Below, piece by piece: positions 23,858 through 38,091 of a DNA stretch of 64,000 nt (positions are counted from its first letter, which is position 1; each line of letters begins with the position of its first letter). The stretch lies in NCBI RefSeq assembly GCF_009914755.1, contig NC_060928.1, one strand, 5' to 3'. The notes beneath the pieces are model-generated. The model did no database searches. It saw nothing but the letters and a program-made list of their open reading frames with translations, and was not told the DNA's origin. The position numbers and the translations under genes were made by a program. The DNA comes from the human T2T-CHM13v2.0 reference genome, Homo sapiens.

Positions 23858-26800
23858 TCTCAGTGGAAGTACCGACCCACACGTAGGGGTGCACACACAC
23901 ACGCACACACACAGACACACACATAACTACACCCAGAAGCGCGCACGTAAACACACACACACCCACACAAACACGAACACCGTCAATCCTACATAAACTA
24001 ATGAGGAGCCCAAGTTTCTGTCTCTACAACAGGGACAACTGGATAGTGATGGCTACATCTCAGGATGAGCCCGCATATGGGAAACATCAAGTTTTGGGGT
24101 CGTGAGTCTTCCGAACCTCTGGAGGGACTGTCTGAGTGTTTGTGTTCATGATAGGCGACATTCAGTGTGTATTTCTGAATATGACCTACCGACGTGTAGG
24201 TTTGCGTGTGAGGTAATTGCAGGGGACTCGGTTTCGTATTTTCTCTTGGGGTGTGTTTCATTCGTCAGTTGTTGGTCGGCATGAGAAGGTGAAAGGTGGC
24301 TCATGTGGGACATCCGTGGATCATTCTCGCCACCTTGAATAGTGGAAACTGGAATGCATTTGGAAGAGAAGAACGGTGCTCTTCTTTCTTCCCCGGGCTC
24401 GCCGTTTTTACACTGGTTCCTGAATGGACCTCAGGCGCCCTGGGACTTGTGCTCTTGCTGGAACCCACATAACGCCGGAAGCGGACAGACCGACTTGCCT
24501 GTTTCACGGTGCCCGCTTCCCATGAGTCGAAACGGAAAATTTTCCCACGGGCATGTAAGTCATCTGGAAGTAAGCTGTATTGATAATAAAGGAAAGCAAA
24601 CACAGGAGTGTGTGTATTCAACTGAAATAAATTCAGAAAGCCCTGAAATCAATCTCACTGGGTGTGTTTAAAAATGGCATTTGGGGAATTTCTGGGTCAT
24701 TTGTCCAGCTGCGAAAGCTGCATCTCTGAAGCACAGTCCCTGTCCCGCAGTGAGACTTATTTATCCGACGTGGTGTTTCCGTGGAAATGATTGTGGGAAA
24801 TGGCCCCTTCCTTTTCTCTATTTGCTGATTAGACTTCATGGTCCCTTTCTCGTCAGGTACAGTGATCAAAGTTGACCAACCCCAGAGGAAAGCTGCCCAG
24901 GGCACAACTCAGGGCTCCGTAGAACCACAGAATCTTGGGCGCAACCCTGCTCAAGCACCCAAATGTGCATACGAACAGGGTCTCCGTGTGACGTGTGTGA
25001 AAACTACAGTGTGATGAGCATGACTGGCAGACAGCTTATCGATTGGGCTCCCCTCAAAATCGGTTATGAGCATTCAAGCACACCGATGCCCAGGTCCCGG
25101 CTGCAGGAATAAGACCCTCCAGGGTCTTGTGTGAAGCCTCGGCATCTGCATTGCTCATGCTTCTGGGGATCATTCTCCTGAAAATGGTGGCTCCTTTCTC
25201 CCTGTGGAGCATCTTTCTAAGCAGCGCTCTTTTCTTCCCCCAGGACACTTTACATCCGGCACAGGAAGCCTTCTGATGGAGCACACCTGGCCCATGAAAA
25301 GACAAGGGAAAGAAACGGGGCCAAAGGTCACAGTCCTCTCATCCCATCATCCTCCTTAAAATCATCCTAATTTCATGGGCCCTGAAGCCAGGGCTGTTTC
25401 TTTACACCTAGAGGCCTTGGCGCCGGGCCTCAATTCCGCCCTGTTCCTTACCGTCTAAGACATGTTGGGAAAATCCCTAGAGCCAGGATCTTCATTCCCG
25501 CTAAGCCAGACAGCCGGAAGACACACCCAAATTCTGTCCCTCTTACTTCAGGGAACATGTCCACTTTCGGCAGCATTACAATTTTGGCACCAAATGTGCT
25601 AACTGCAATTCCACCATACAATGCGTAACTGGAAATGGAGGCAACATCTCCGATCCTGAACGATCGATGCGAGAATCCAGGATATGCACGGCTTATTTTG
25701 GCCTTTTCCCACTGAAACAAGGGCCAGTATTAAAAATGGCACGCTATCCTCTGTTTCACTCCCTGCTTTTAAACGTCTCCGATGTTTCTCCCTGAGACAG
25801 GGCCTCACTTCCGTCAGCCGGGCTTTTCTACGGTATAATTTTCCTTGTTTGCTTTTGTCCAAATTAGAACTTTTTATTTCATCTCTAGGAAACGTTGATC
25901 CATTATCACATACGTATGGAAATATTATCACACGTGCTGTGAGATACGTTGTTTTTATTTTCATCAATTCCTTAATAAACAAAAGGTTATAGCTGGGATA
26001 CCTTCTGAGTTCTCAAGTTTTTTGTTTCGTGTTTTCTTAAACTGCCGTCGCACGTCCGAAACCGCTCACTATGCAGTGTCATGACCGTCTCTCTTTTCTG
26101 GCAAACATAAATTTGGGGATTGTCATCAATTAGTCTCTCGGGGATTGCATGATTTCCCCAAAGGCTTTCACAGTCTACTTTGTGCACTGAGTATCTCTTC
26201 AAACTTCAGTGCATGTTTCTACCATTTGATGCTTTCTTATTTGGCAATCTAGCTTCCACAAGAGCATTTCATGCAAAGACTTGTCTTGTTCTCCACTGGC
26301 AGGTAATTTCACTCGGACAGAGAATCAATAGGCTCAACGTGGAAAGGTTATCGCTGGAAGGTCTGTTTGATTCCACGGATCTCTCCTTTCTCACTAGGGA
26401 AGAAAATACGCTGTGCTAAATACTATACTTCATTGACTATTCTCAGGTCAGAAAGCGCACTTTCGACTTCTTGTCCTTCCGTCGCTGAGAGGATGATGGC
26501 AGCTGCCAAAAGTACCTACTTGGAGGTTCATCCCAGCACAAACACACACACACACACGCCACCCCCCCACACACACAAACACACTCACACACACACACGC
26601 ACACGGTTTCCTAGGTAAAGATTTCTTCCCTGCCATTGCTTTACCTAAAATAAGGCAACTGTGAGGCCACTGTCCCAACCCGGTTACACTCCTATTATAT
26701 GTGCCTATCATCCTGAGGAGTAATTTGATTTAGGTGTTCTGGAAGTCATGCTGTGGGCTGTGTCTGTTGAATTCCCAGCGATGCCAGGGGACACACCCTG

Positions 26801-27009
26801 TGACTCCTTCCTGAATTGAGTGCTGATATTTGATTGGCTTATCGCGCACCTGATGAGTGGGTGGGGTGTTCGCGGTTGGTGGGGGTGACTTACAGAAGGG
26901 CTGATGCGGCCAGAGAGCTCGTCATTTGAAGACTCTCTCGGAAGGGATAGCGTCTTTCTGCAACCTGCGGTCCCAGCAGACAAACCTTGTGATCCTCGTT
27001 CCAGTCGAC

Positions 27010-28602
27010 ATGGAGGACGACTCACTCTAGTTGGGAGGTGAGTGGCAGTTCAACCACTTTTCAAAACTCACATCTTCTCGGCCCGATGCAGCTTTTGCTG
27101 AAATCCAGCGGACTTCTCTCCCTGAGAAGTCACCACTCTCATGTGAGACCCGTGTCGACCTCTGTGATGATTTGGCTCCTGTGGCAAGACAGCTTGCTCC
27201 CAGGGAGAAGCTTCCTCTGAGTAGCAGGAGACCTGCTGCGGTGGGGGCTGGGCTCCAGAATATGGGAAATACCTGCTACGTGAACGCTTCCTTGCAGTGC
27301 CTGACATACACACCGCCCCTTGCCAACTACATGCTGTCCCGGGAGCACTCTCAAACGTGTCATCGTCACAAGGGCTGCATGCTCTGTACTATGCAAGCTC
27401 ACATCACACGGGCCCTCCACAATCCTGGCCACGTCATCCAGCCCTCACAGGCATTGGCTGCTGGCTTCCATAGAGGCAAGCAGGAAGATGCCCATGAATT
27501 TCTCATGTTCACTGTGGATGCCATGAAAAAGGCATGCCTTCCCGGGCACAAGCAGGTAGATCATCACTCTAAGGACACCACCCTCATCCACCAAATATTT
27601 GGAGGCTACTGGAGATCTCAAATCAAGTGTCTCCACTGCCACGGCATTTCAGACACTTTTGACCCTTACCTGGACATCGCCCTGGATATCCAGGCAGCTC
27701 AGAGTGTCCAGCAAGCTTTGGAACAGTTGGTGAAGCCCGAAGAACTCAATGGAGAGAATGCCTATCATTGTGGTGTTTGTCTCCAGAGGGCGCCGGCCTC
27801 CAAGACGTTAACTTTACACACCTCTGCCAAGGTCCTCATCCTTGTATTGAAGAGATTCTCCGATGTCACAGGCAACAAGATTGCCAAGAATGTGCAATAT
27901 CCTGAGTGCCTTGACATGCAGCCATACATGTCTCAGCAGAACACAGGACCTCTCGTCTATGTCCTCTATGCTGTGCTGGTCCACGCTGGGTGGAGTTGTC
28001 ACAACGGACATTACTTCTCTTATGTCAAAGCTCAAGAAGGCCAGTGGTATAAAATGGATGATGCCGAGGTCACCGCCTCTAGCATCACTTCTGTCCTGAG
28101 TCAACAGGCCTACGTCCTCTTTTACATCCAGAAGAGTGAATGGGAAAGACACAGTGAGAGTGTGTCAAGAGGCAGGGAACCAAGAGCCCTTGGCGCAGAA
28201 GACACAGACAGGTGAGCAACGCAAGGAGAGCTCAAGAGAGACCACCCCTGCCTCCAGGCCCCCGAGTTGGACGAGCACTTGGTGGAAAGAGCCACTCAGG
28301 AAAGCACCTTAGACCACTGGAAATTCCTTCAAGAGCAAAACAAAACGAAGCCTGAGTTCAACGTCAGAAAAGTCGAAGGTACCCTGCCTCCCGACGTACT
28401 TGTGATTCATCAATCAAAATACAAGTGTGGGATGAAGAACCATCATCCTGAACAGCAAAGCTCCCTGCTAAACCTCTCTTCGACGACCCCGACACATCAG
28501 GAGTCCATGAACACTGGCACACTCGCTTCCCTGCGAGGGAGGGCCAGGAGATCCAAAGGGAAGAACAAACACAGCAAGAGGGCTCTGCTTGTGTGCCAGT
28601 GA
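27010..28602 (+). pseudogene. USP17L: USP17L copy 6, disrupted by two nonsense codons (Y7*, R402*)
   Basis: ATG at 27010; TAC>TAG at 27028-27030; CGA>TGA at 28213-28215. The rest is colinear with the intact copies. Confidence 0.92.
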
Positions 28603-31600
28603 TCTCAGTGGAAGTACCGACCCACACGTAGGGGTGCACACACACACGCACACACACAGACACACACATAACTACACCCAGAAGCGCGCACGTAAACACA
28701 CACACACCCACACAAACACGAACACCGTCAATCCTACATAAACTAATGAGGAGCCCAAGTTTCTGTCTCTACAACAGGGACAACTGGATAGTGATGGCTA
28801 CATCTCAGGATGAGCCCGCATATGGGAAACATCAAGTTTTGGGGTCGTGAGTCTTCCGAACCTCTGGAGGGACTGTCTGAGTGTTTGTGTTCATGATAGG
28901 CGACATTCAGTGTGTATTTCTGAATATGACCTACCGACGTGTAGGTTTGCGTGTGAGGTAATTGCAGGGGACTCGGTTTCGTATTTTCTCTTGGGGTGTG
29001 TTTCATTCGTCAGTTGTTGGTCGGCATGAGAAGGTGAAAGGTGGCTCATGTGGGACATCCGTGGATCATTCTCGCCACCTTGAATAGTGGAAACTGGAAT
29101 GCATTTGGAAGAGAAGAACGGTGCTCTTCTTTCTTCCCCGGGCTCGCCGTTTTTACACTGGTTCCTGAATGGACCTCAGGCGCCCTGGGACTTGTGCTCT
29201 TGCTGGAACCCACATAACGCCGGAAGCGGACAGACCGACTTGCCTGTTTCACGGTGCCCGCTTCCCATGAGTCGAAACGGAAAATTTTCCCACGGGCATG
29301 TAAGTCATCTGGAAGTAAGCTGTATTGATAATAAAGGAAAGCAAACACAGGAGTGTGTGTATTCAACTGAAATAAATTCAGAAAGCCCTGAAATCAATCT
29401 CACTGGGTGTGTTTAAAAATGGCATTTGGGGAATTTCTGGGTCATTTGTCCAGCTGCGAAAGCTGCATCTCTGAAGCACAGTCCCTGTCCCGCAGTGAGA
29501 CTTATTTATCCGACGTGGTGTTTCCGTGGAAATGATTGTGGGAAATGGCCCCTTCCTTTTCTCTATTTGCTGATTAGACTTCATGGTCCCTTTCTCGTCA
29601 GGTACAGTGATCAAAGTTGACCAACCCCAGAGGAAAGCTGCCCAGGGCACAACTCAGGGCTCCGTAGAACCACAGAATCTTGGGCGCAACCCTGCTCAAG
29701 CACCCAAATGTGCATACGAACAGGGTCTCCGTGTGACGTGTGTGAAAACTACAGTGTGATGAGCATGACTGGCAGACAGCTTATCGATTGGGCTCCCCTC
29801 AAAATCGGTTATGAGCATTCAAGCACACCGATGCCCAGGTCCCGGCTGCAGGAATAAGACCCTCCAGGGTCTTGTGTGAAGCCTCGGCATCTGCATTGCT
29901 CATGCTTCTGGGGATCATTCTCCTGAAAATGGTGGCTCCTTTCTCCCTGTGGAGCATCTTTCTAAGCAGCGCTCTTTTCTTCCCCCAGGACACTTTACAT
30001 CCGGCACAGGAAGCCTTCTGATGGAGCACACCTGGCCCATGAAAAGACAAGGGAAAGAAACGGGGCCAAAGGTCACAGTCCTCTCATCCCATCATCCTCC
30101 TTAAAATCATCCTAATTTCATGGGCCCTGAAGCCAGGGCTGTTTCTTTACACCTAGAGGCCTTGGCGCCGGGCCTCAATTCCGCCCTGTTCCTTACCGTC
30201 TAAGACATGTTGGGAAAATCCCTAGAGCCAGGATCTTCATTCCCGCTAAGCCAGACAGCCGGAAGACACACCCAAATTCTGTCCCTCTTACTTCAGGGAA
30301 CATGTCCACTTTCGGCAGCATTACAATTTTGGCACCAAATGTGCTAACTGCAATTCCACCATACAATGCGTAACTGGAAATGGAGGCAACATCTCCGATC
30401 CTGAACGATCGATGCGAGAATCCAGGATATGCACGGCTTATTTTGGCCTTTTCCCACTGAAACAAGGGCCAGTATTAAAAATGGCACGCTATCCTCTGTT
30501 TCACTCCCTGCTTTTAAACGTCTCCGATGTTTCTCCCTGAGACAGGGCCTCACTTCCGTCAGCCGGGCTTTTCTACGGTATAATTTTCCTTGTTTGCTTT
30601 TGTCCAAATTAGAACTTTTTATTTCATCTCTAGGAAACGTTGATCCATTATCACATACGTATGGAAATATTATCACACGTGCTGTGAGATACGTTGTTTT
30701 TATTTTCATCAATTCCTTAATAAACAAAAGGTTATAGCTGGGATACCTTCTGAGTTCTCAAGTTTTTTGTTTCGTGTTTTCTTAAACTGCCGTCGCACGT
30801 CCGAAACCGCTCACTATGCAGTGTCATGACCGTCTCTCTTTTCTGGCAAACATAAATTTGGGGATTGTCATCAATTAGTCTCTCGGGGATTGCATGATTT
30901 CCCCAAAGGCTTTCACAGTCTACTTTGTGCACTGAGTATCTCTTCAAACTTCAGTGCATGTTTCTACCATTTGATGCTTTCTTATTTGGCAATCTAGCTT
31001 CCACAAGAGCATTTCATGCAAAGACTTGTCTTGTTCTCCACTGGCAGGTAATTTCACTCGGACAGAGAATCAATAGGCTCAACGTGGAAAGGTTATCGCT
31101 GGAAGGTCTGTTTGATTCCACGGATCTCTCCTTTCTCACTAGGGAAGAAAATACGCTGTGCTAAATACTATACTTCATTGACTATTCTCAGGTCAGAAAG
31201 CGCACTTTCGACTTCTTGTCCTTCCGTCGCTGAGAGGATGATGGCAGCTGCCAAAAGTACCTACTTGGAGGTTCATCCCAGCACAAACACACACACACAC
31301 ACGCCACCCCCCCACACACACAAACACACTCACACACACACACGCACACGGTTTCCTAGGTAAAGATTTCTTCCCTGCCATTGCTTTACCTAAAATAAGG
31401 CAACTGTGAGGCCACTGTCCCAACCCGGTTACACTCCTATTATATGTGCCTATCATCCTGAGGAGTAATTTGATTTAGGTGTTCTGGAAGTCATGCTGTG
31501 GGCTGTGTCTGTTGAATTCCCAGCGATGCCAGGGGACACACCCTGTGACTCCTTCCTGAATTGAGTGCTGATATTTGATTGGCTTATCGCGCACCTGATG

Positions 31601-31754
31601 AGTGGGTGGGGTGTTCGCGGTTGGTGGGGGTGACTTACAGAAGGGCTGATGCGGCCAGAGAGCTCGTCATTTGAAGACTCTCTCGGAAGGGATAGCGTCT
31701 TTCTGCAACCTGCGGTCCCAGCAGACAAACCTTGTGATCCTCGTTCCAGTCGAC

Positions 31755-33347
31755 ATGGAGGACGACTCACTCTACTTGGGAGGTGAGTGGCAGTTCAACC
31801 ACTTTTCAAAACTCACATCTTCTCGGCCCGATGCAGCTTTTGCTGAAATCCAGCGGACTTCTCTCCCTGAGAAGTCACCACTCTCATGTGAGACCCGTGT
31901 CGACCTCTGTGATGATTTGGCTCCTGTGGCAAGACAGCTTGCTCCCAGGGAGAAGCTTCCTCTGAGTAGCAGGAGACCTGCTGCGGTGGGGGCTGGGCTC
32001 CAGAATATGGGAAATACCTGCTACGTGAACGCTTCCTTGCAGTGCCTGACATACACACCGCCCCTTGCCAACTACATGCTGTCCCGGGAGCACTCTCAAA
32101 CGTGTCATCGTTACAAGGGCTGCATGCTCTGTACTATGCAAACTCACATCACACGGGCCCTCCACAATCCTGGCCACGTCATCCAGCCCTCACAGGCATT
32201 GGCTGCTGGCTTCCATAGAGGCAAGCAGGAAGATGCTCATGAATTTCTCATGTTCACTGTGGATGCCATGAAAAAGGCATGCCTTCCCGGGCACAAGCAG
32301 GTAGATCATCACTCTAAGGACACCACCCTCATCCACCAAATATTTGGAGGCTACTGGAGATCTCAAATCAAGTGTCTCCACTGCCACGGCATTTCAGACA
32401 CTTTTGACCCTTACCTGGACATCGCCCTGGATATCCAGGCAGCTCAGAGTGTCCAGCAAGCTTTGGAACAGTTGGTGAAGCCCGAAGAACTCAATGGAGA
32501 GAATGCCTATCATTGTGGTGTTTGTCTCCAGAGGGCGCCGGCCTCCAAGACGTTAACTTTACACACCTCTGCCAAGGTCCTCATCCTTGTATTGAAGAGA
32601 TTCTCCGATGTCACAGGCAACAAGATTGCCAAGAATGTGCAATATCCTGAGTGCCTTGACATGCAGCCATACATGTCTCAGCAGAACACAGGACCTCTCG
32701 TCTATGTCCTCTATGCTGTGCTGGTCCACGCTGGGTGGAGTTGTCACAACGGACATTACTTCTCTTATGTCAAAGCTCAAGAAGGCCAGTGGTATAAAAT
32801 GGATGATGCCGAGGTCACCGCCTCTAGCATCACTTCTGTCCTGAGTCAACAGGCCTACGTCCTCTTTTACATCCAGAAGAGTGAATGGGAAAGACACAGT
32901 GAGAGTGTGTCAAGAGGCAGGGAACCAAGAGCCCTTGGCGCAGAAGACACAGACAGGCGAGCAACGCAAGGAGAGCTCAAGAGAGACCACCCCTGCCTCC
33001 AGGCCCCCGAGTTGGACGAGCACTTGGTGGAAAGAGCCACTCAGGAAAGCACCTTAGACCACTGGAAATTCCTTCAAGAGCAAAACAAAACGAAGCCTGA
33101 GTTCAACGTCAGAAAAGTCGAAGGTACCCTGCCTCCCGACGTACTTGTGATTCATCAATCAAAATACAAGTGTGGGATGAAGAACCATCATCCTGAACAG
33201 CAAAGCTCCCTGCTAAACCTCTCTTCGACGACCCCGACACATCAGGAGTCCATGAACACTGGCACACTCGCTTCCCTGCGAGGGAGGGCCAGGAGATCCA
33301 AAGGGAAGAACAAACACAGCAAGAGGGCTCTGCTTGTGTGCCAGTGA
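31755..33347 (+). CDS. USP17L: USP17L copy 7, 530 aa; H120Y, A130T
   Basis: Intact ORF with catalytic triad. Confidence 0.97.
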   Translation: MEDDSLYLGGEWQFNHFSKLTSSRPDAAFAEIQRTSLPEKSPLSCETRVDLCDDLAPVARQLAPREKLPLSSRRPAAVGAGLQNMGNTCYVNASLQCLTYTPPLANYMLSREHSQTCHRYKGCMLCTMQTHITRALHNPGHVIQPSQALAAGFHRGKQEDAHEFLMFTVDAMKKACLPGHKQVDHHSKDTTLIHQIFGGYWRSQIKCLHCHGISDTFDPYLDIALDIQAAQSVQQALEQLVKPEELNGENAYHCGVCLQRAPASKTLTLHTSAKVLILVLKRFSDVTGNKIAKNVQYPECLDMQPYMSQQNTGPLVYVLYAVLVHAGWSCHNGHYFSYVKAQEGQWYKMDDAEVTASSITSVLSQQAYVLFYIQKSEWERHSESVSRGREPRALGAEDTDRRATQGELKRDHPCLQAPELDEHLVERATQESTLDHWKFLQEQNKTKPEFNVRKVEGTLPPDVLVIHQSKYKCGMKNHHPEQQSSLLNLSSTTPTHQESMNTGTLASLRGRARRSKGKNKHSKRALLVCQ

Positions 33348-36300
33348 TCTCAGTGGAAGTACCGACCCACACGTAGGGGTGCACACACACACGCACACAC
33401 ACAGACACACACATAACTACACCCAGAAGCGCGCACGCAAACACACACACACCCACACAAACACGAACACCGTCAATCCTACATAAACTAATGAGGAGCC
33501 CAAGTTTCTGTCTCTACAACAGGGACAACTGGATAGTGATGGCTACATCTCAGGATGAGCCCGCATATGGGAAACATCAAGTTTTGGGGTCGTGAGTCTT
33601 CCGAACCTCTGGTGGGACTGTCTGAGTGTTTGTGTTCATGATAGGCGACATTCAGTGTGTATTTCTGAATATGACCTACCGACGTGTAGGTTTGCGTGTG
33701 AGGTAATTGCAGGGGACTCGGTTTCGTATTTTCTCTTGGGGTGTGTTTCATTCGTCAGTTGTTGGTCGGCATGAGAAGGTGAAATGTGGCTCATGTGGGA
33801 CATCCGTGGATCATTCTCGCCACCTTGAATAGTGGAAACTGGAATGCATTTGGAAGAGAAGAACGGTGCTCTTCTTTCTTCCCCGGGCTCGCCGTTTTTA
33901 CACTGGTTCCTGAATGGACCTCAGGCGCCCTGGGACTTGTGCTCTTGCTGGAACCCACATAACGCCGGAAGCGGACAGACCGACTTGCCTGTTTCACGGT
34001 GCCCGCTTCCCATGAGTCGAAACGGAAAATTTTCCCACGGGCATGTAAGTCATCTGGAAGTAAGCTGTATTGATAATAAAGGAAAGCAAACACAGGAGTG
34101 TGTGTATTCAACTGAAATAAATTCAGAAAGCCCTGAAATCAATCTCACTGGGTGTGTTTAAAAATGGCATTTGGGGAATTTCTGGGTCATTTGTCCAGCT
34201 GCGAAAGCTGCATCTCTGAAGCACAGTCCCTGTCCCGCAGTGAGACTTATTTATCCGACGTGGTGTTTCCGTGGAAATGATTGTGGGAAATGGCCCCTTC
34301 CTTTGCTCTATTTGCTGATTAGACTTCATGGTCCCTTTCTCGTCAGGTACAGTGATCAAAGTTGACCAACCCCAGAGGAAAGCTGCCCAGGGCACAACTC
34401 AGGGCTCCGTAGAACCACAGAATCTTGGGCGCAACCCTGCTCAAGCACCCAAATGTGCATACGAACAGGGTCTCCGTGTGACGTGTGTGAAAACTACAGT
34501 GTGATGAGCATGACTGGCAGACAGCTTATCGATTGGGCTCCCCTCAAAATCGGTTATGAGCATTCAAGCACACCGATGCCCAGGTCCCGGCTGCAGGAAT
34601 AAGACCCTCCAGGGTCTTGTGTGAAGCCTCGGCATCTGCATTGCTCATGCTTCTGGGGATCATTCTCCTGAAAATGGTGGCTCCTTTCTCCCTGTGGAGC
34701 ATCTTTCTAAGCAGTGCTCTTTTCTTCCCCCAGGACACTTTACATCCGGCACAGGAAGCCTTCTGATGGAGCACACCTGGCCCATGAAAAGACAAGGGAA
34801 AGAAACGGGGCCAAAGGTCACAGTCCTCTCATCCCATCATCCTCCTTAAAATCATCCTAATTTCATGGGCCCTGAAGCCAGGGCTGTTTCTTTACACCTA
34901 GAGGCCTTGGCGCCGGGCCTCAATTCCGCCCTGTTCCTTACCGTCTAAGACATGTTGGGAAAATCCCTAGAGCCAGGATCTTCATTCCCGCTAAGCCAGA
35001 CAGCCGGAAGACACACCCAAATTCTGTCCCTCTTACTTCAGGGAACATGTCCACTTTCGGCAGCATTACAATTTTGGCACCAAATGTGCTAACTGCAATT
35101 CCACCATACAATGCGTAACTGGAAATGGAGGCAACATCTCCGATCCTGAACGATCGATGCGAGAATCCAGGATATGCACGGCTTATTTTGGCCTTTTCCC
35201 ACTGAAACAAGGGCCAGTATTAAAAATGGCACGCTATCCTCTGTTTCACTCCCTGCTTTTAAACGTCTCCGATGTTTCTCCCTGAGACAGGGCCTCACTT
35301 CCGTCAGCCGGGCTTTTCTACGGTATAATTTTCCTTGTTTGCTTTTGTCCAAATTAGAACTTTTTATTTCATCTCTAGGAAACGTTGATCCATTATCACA
35401 TACGTATGGAAATATTATCACACGTGCTGTGAGATACGTTGTTTTTACTTTCATCAATTCCTTAATAAACAAAAGGTTATAGCTGGGATACCTTCTGAGT
35501 TCTCAAGTTTTTTGTTTCGTGTTTTCTTAAACTGCCGTCGCACGTCCGAAACCGCTCACTATGCAGTGTCATGACCGTCTCTCTTTTCTGGCAAACATAA
35601 ATTTGGGGATTGTCATCAATTAGTCTCTCGGGGATTGCATGATTTCCCCAAAGGCTTTCACAGTCTACTTTGTGCACTGAGTATCTCTTCAAACTTCAGT
35701 GCATGTTTCTACCATTTGATGCTTTCTTATTTGGCAATCTAGCTTCCACAAGAGCATTTCATGCAAAGACTTGTCTTGTTCTCCACTGGCAGGTAATTTC
35801 ACTCGGACAGAGAATCAATAGGCTCAACGTGGAAAGGTTATCGCTGGAAGGTCTGTTTGATTCCACGGATCTCTCCTTTCTCACTAGGGAAGAAAATACG
35901 CTGTGCTAAATACTATACTTCATTGACTATTCTCAGGTCAGAAAGCGCACTTTCGACTTCTTGTCCTTCCGTCGCTGAGAGGATGATGGCAGCTGCCAAA
36001 AGTACCTACTTGGAGGTTCATCCCAGCACAAACACACACACACACACGCCCCCCCCCACACACACAAACACACTCACACACACACACGCACACGGTTTCC
36101 TAGGTAAAGATTTCTTCCCTGCCATTGCTTTACCTAAAATAAGGCAACTGTGAGGCCACTGTCCCAACCCGGTTACACTCCTATTATATGTGCCTATCAT
36201 CCTGAGGAGTAATTTGATTTAGGTGTTCTGGAAGTCATGCTGTGGGCTGTGTCTGTTGAATTCCCAGCGATGCCAGGGGACACACCCTGTGACTCCTTCC

Positions 36301-36498
36301 TGAATTGAGTGCTGATATTTGATTGGCTTATCGCGCACCTGATGAGTGGGTGGGGTGTTCGCGGTTGGTGGGGGTGACTTACAGAAGGGCTGATGCGGCC
36401 AGAGAGCTCGTCATTTGAAGACTCTCTCGGAAGGGATAGCGTCTTTCTGCAACCTGCGGTCCCAGCAGACAAACCTTGTGATCCTCGTTCCAGTCGAC

Positions 36499-38091
36499 AT
36501 GGAGGACGACTCACTCTACTTGGGAGGTGAGTGGCAGTTCAACCACTTTTCAAAACTCACATCTTCTCGGCCCGATGCAGCTTTTGCTGAAATCCAGCGG
36601 ACTTCTCTCCCTGAGAAGTCACCACTCTCATGTGAGACCCGTGTCGACCTCTGTGATGATTTGGCTCCTGTGGCAAGACAGCTTGCTCCCAGGGAGAAGC
36701 TTCCTCTGAGTAGCAGGAGACCTGCTGCGGTGGGGGCTGGGCTCCAGAATATGGGAAATACCTGCTACGTGAACGCTTCCTTGCAGTGCCTGACATACAC
36801 ACCGCCCCTTGCCAACTACATGCTGTCCCGGGAGCACTCTCAAACGTGTCATCGTCACAAGGGCTGCATGCTCTGTACGATGCAAGCTCACATCACACGG
36901 GCCCTCCACAATCCTGGCCACGTCATCCAGCCCTCACAGGCATTGGCTGCTGGCTTCCATAGAGGCAAGCAGGAAGATGCCCATGAATTTCTCATGTTCA
37001 CTGTGGATGCCATGAAAAAGGCATGCCTTCCCGGGCACAAGCAGGTGGATCATCACTCTAAGGACACCACCCTCATCCACCAAATATTTGGAGGCTACTG
37101 GAGATCTCAAATCAAGTGTCTCCACTGCCACGGCATTTCAGACACTTTTGACCCTTACCTGGACATCGCCCTGGATATCCAGGCAGCTCAGAGTGTCCAG
37201 CAAGCTTTGGAACAGTTGGTGAAGCCCGAAGAACTCAATGGAGAGAATGCCTATCATTGTGGTGTTTGTCTCCAGAGGGCGCCGGCCTCCAAGACGTTAA
37301 CTTTACACACCTCTGCCAAGGTCCTCATCCTTGTATTGAAGAGATTCTCCGATGTCACAGGCAACAAGATTGCCAAGAATGTGCAATATCCTGAGTGCCT
37401 TGACATGCAGCCATACATGTCTCAGCTGAACACAGGACCTCTCGTCTATGTCCTCTATGCTGTGCTGGTCCACGCTGGGTGGAGTTGTCACAACGGACAT
37501 TACTTCTCTTATGTCAAAGCTCAAGAAGGCCAGTGGTATAAAATGGATGATGCCGAGGTCACCGCCTCTAGCATCACTTCTGTCCTGAGTCAACAGGCCT
37601 ACGTCCTCTTTTACATCCAGAAGAGTGAATGGGAAAGACACAGTGAGAGTGTGTCAAGAGGCAGGGAACCAAGAGCCCTTGGCGCAGAAGACACAGACAG
37701 GCGAGCAACGCAAGGAGAGCTCAAGAGAGACCACCCCTGCCTCCAGGCCCCCGAGTTGGACGAGCACTTGGTGGAAAGAGCCACTCAGGAAAGCACCTTA
37801 GACCACTGGAAATTCCTTCAAGAGCAAAACAAAACGAAGCCTGAGTTCAACGTCAGAAAAGTCGAAGGTACCCTGCCTCCCGACGTACTTGTGATTCATC
37901 AATCAAAATACAAGTGTGGGATGAAGAACCATCATCCTGAACAGCAAAGCTCCCTGCTAAACCTCTCTTCGACGACCCCGACACATCAGGAGTCCATGAA
38001 CACTGGCACACTCGCTTCCCTGCGAGGGAGGGCCAGGAGATCCAAAGGGAAGAACAAACACAGCAAGAGGGCTCTGCTTGTGTGCCAGTGA
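36499..38091 (+). CDS. USP17L: USP17L copy 8, 530 aa; Q310L
   Basis: Intact ORF with catalytic triad. Confidence 0.97.
   Translation: MEDDSLYLGGEWQFNHFSKLTSSRPDAAFAEIQRTSLPEKSPLSCETRVDLCDDLAPVARQLAPREKLPLSSRRPAAVGAGLQNMGNTCYVNASLQCLTYTPPLANYMLSREHSQTCHRHKGCMLCTMQAHITRALHNPGHVIQPSQALAAGFHRGKQEDAHEFLMFTVDAMKKACLPGHKQVDHHSKDTTLIHQIFGGYWRSQIKCLHCHGISDTFDPYLDIALDIQAAQSVQQALEQLVKPEELNGENAYHCGVCLQRAPASKTLTLHTSAKVLILVLKRFSDVTGNKIAKNVQYPECLDMQPYMSQLNTGPLVYVLYAVLVHAGWSCHNGHYFSYVKAQEGQWYKMDDAEVTASSITSVLSQQAYVLFYIQKSEWERHSESVSRGREPRALGAEDTDRRATQGELKRDHPCLQAPELDEHLVERATQESTLDHWKFLQEQNKTKPEFNVRKVEGTLPPDVLVIHQSKYKCGMKNHHPEQQSSLLNLSSTTPTHQESMNTGTLASLRGRARRSKGKNKHSKRALLVCQ

Noticed and set aside
28267-28602. 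111-aa ORF as a separate gene
   Set aside because: It is the C-terminal remnant of copy 6 after R402* and starts at TTG.
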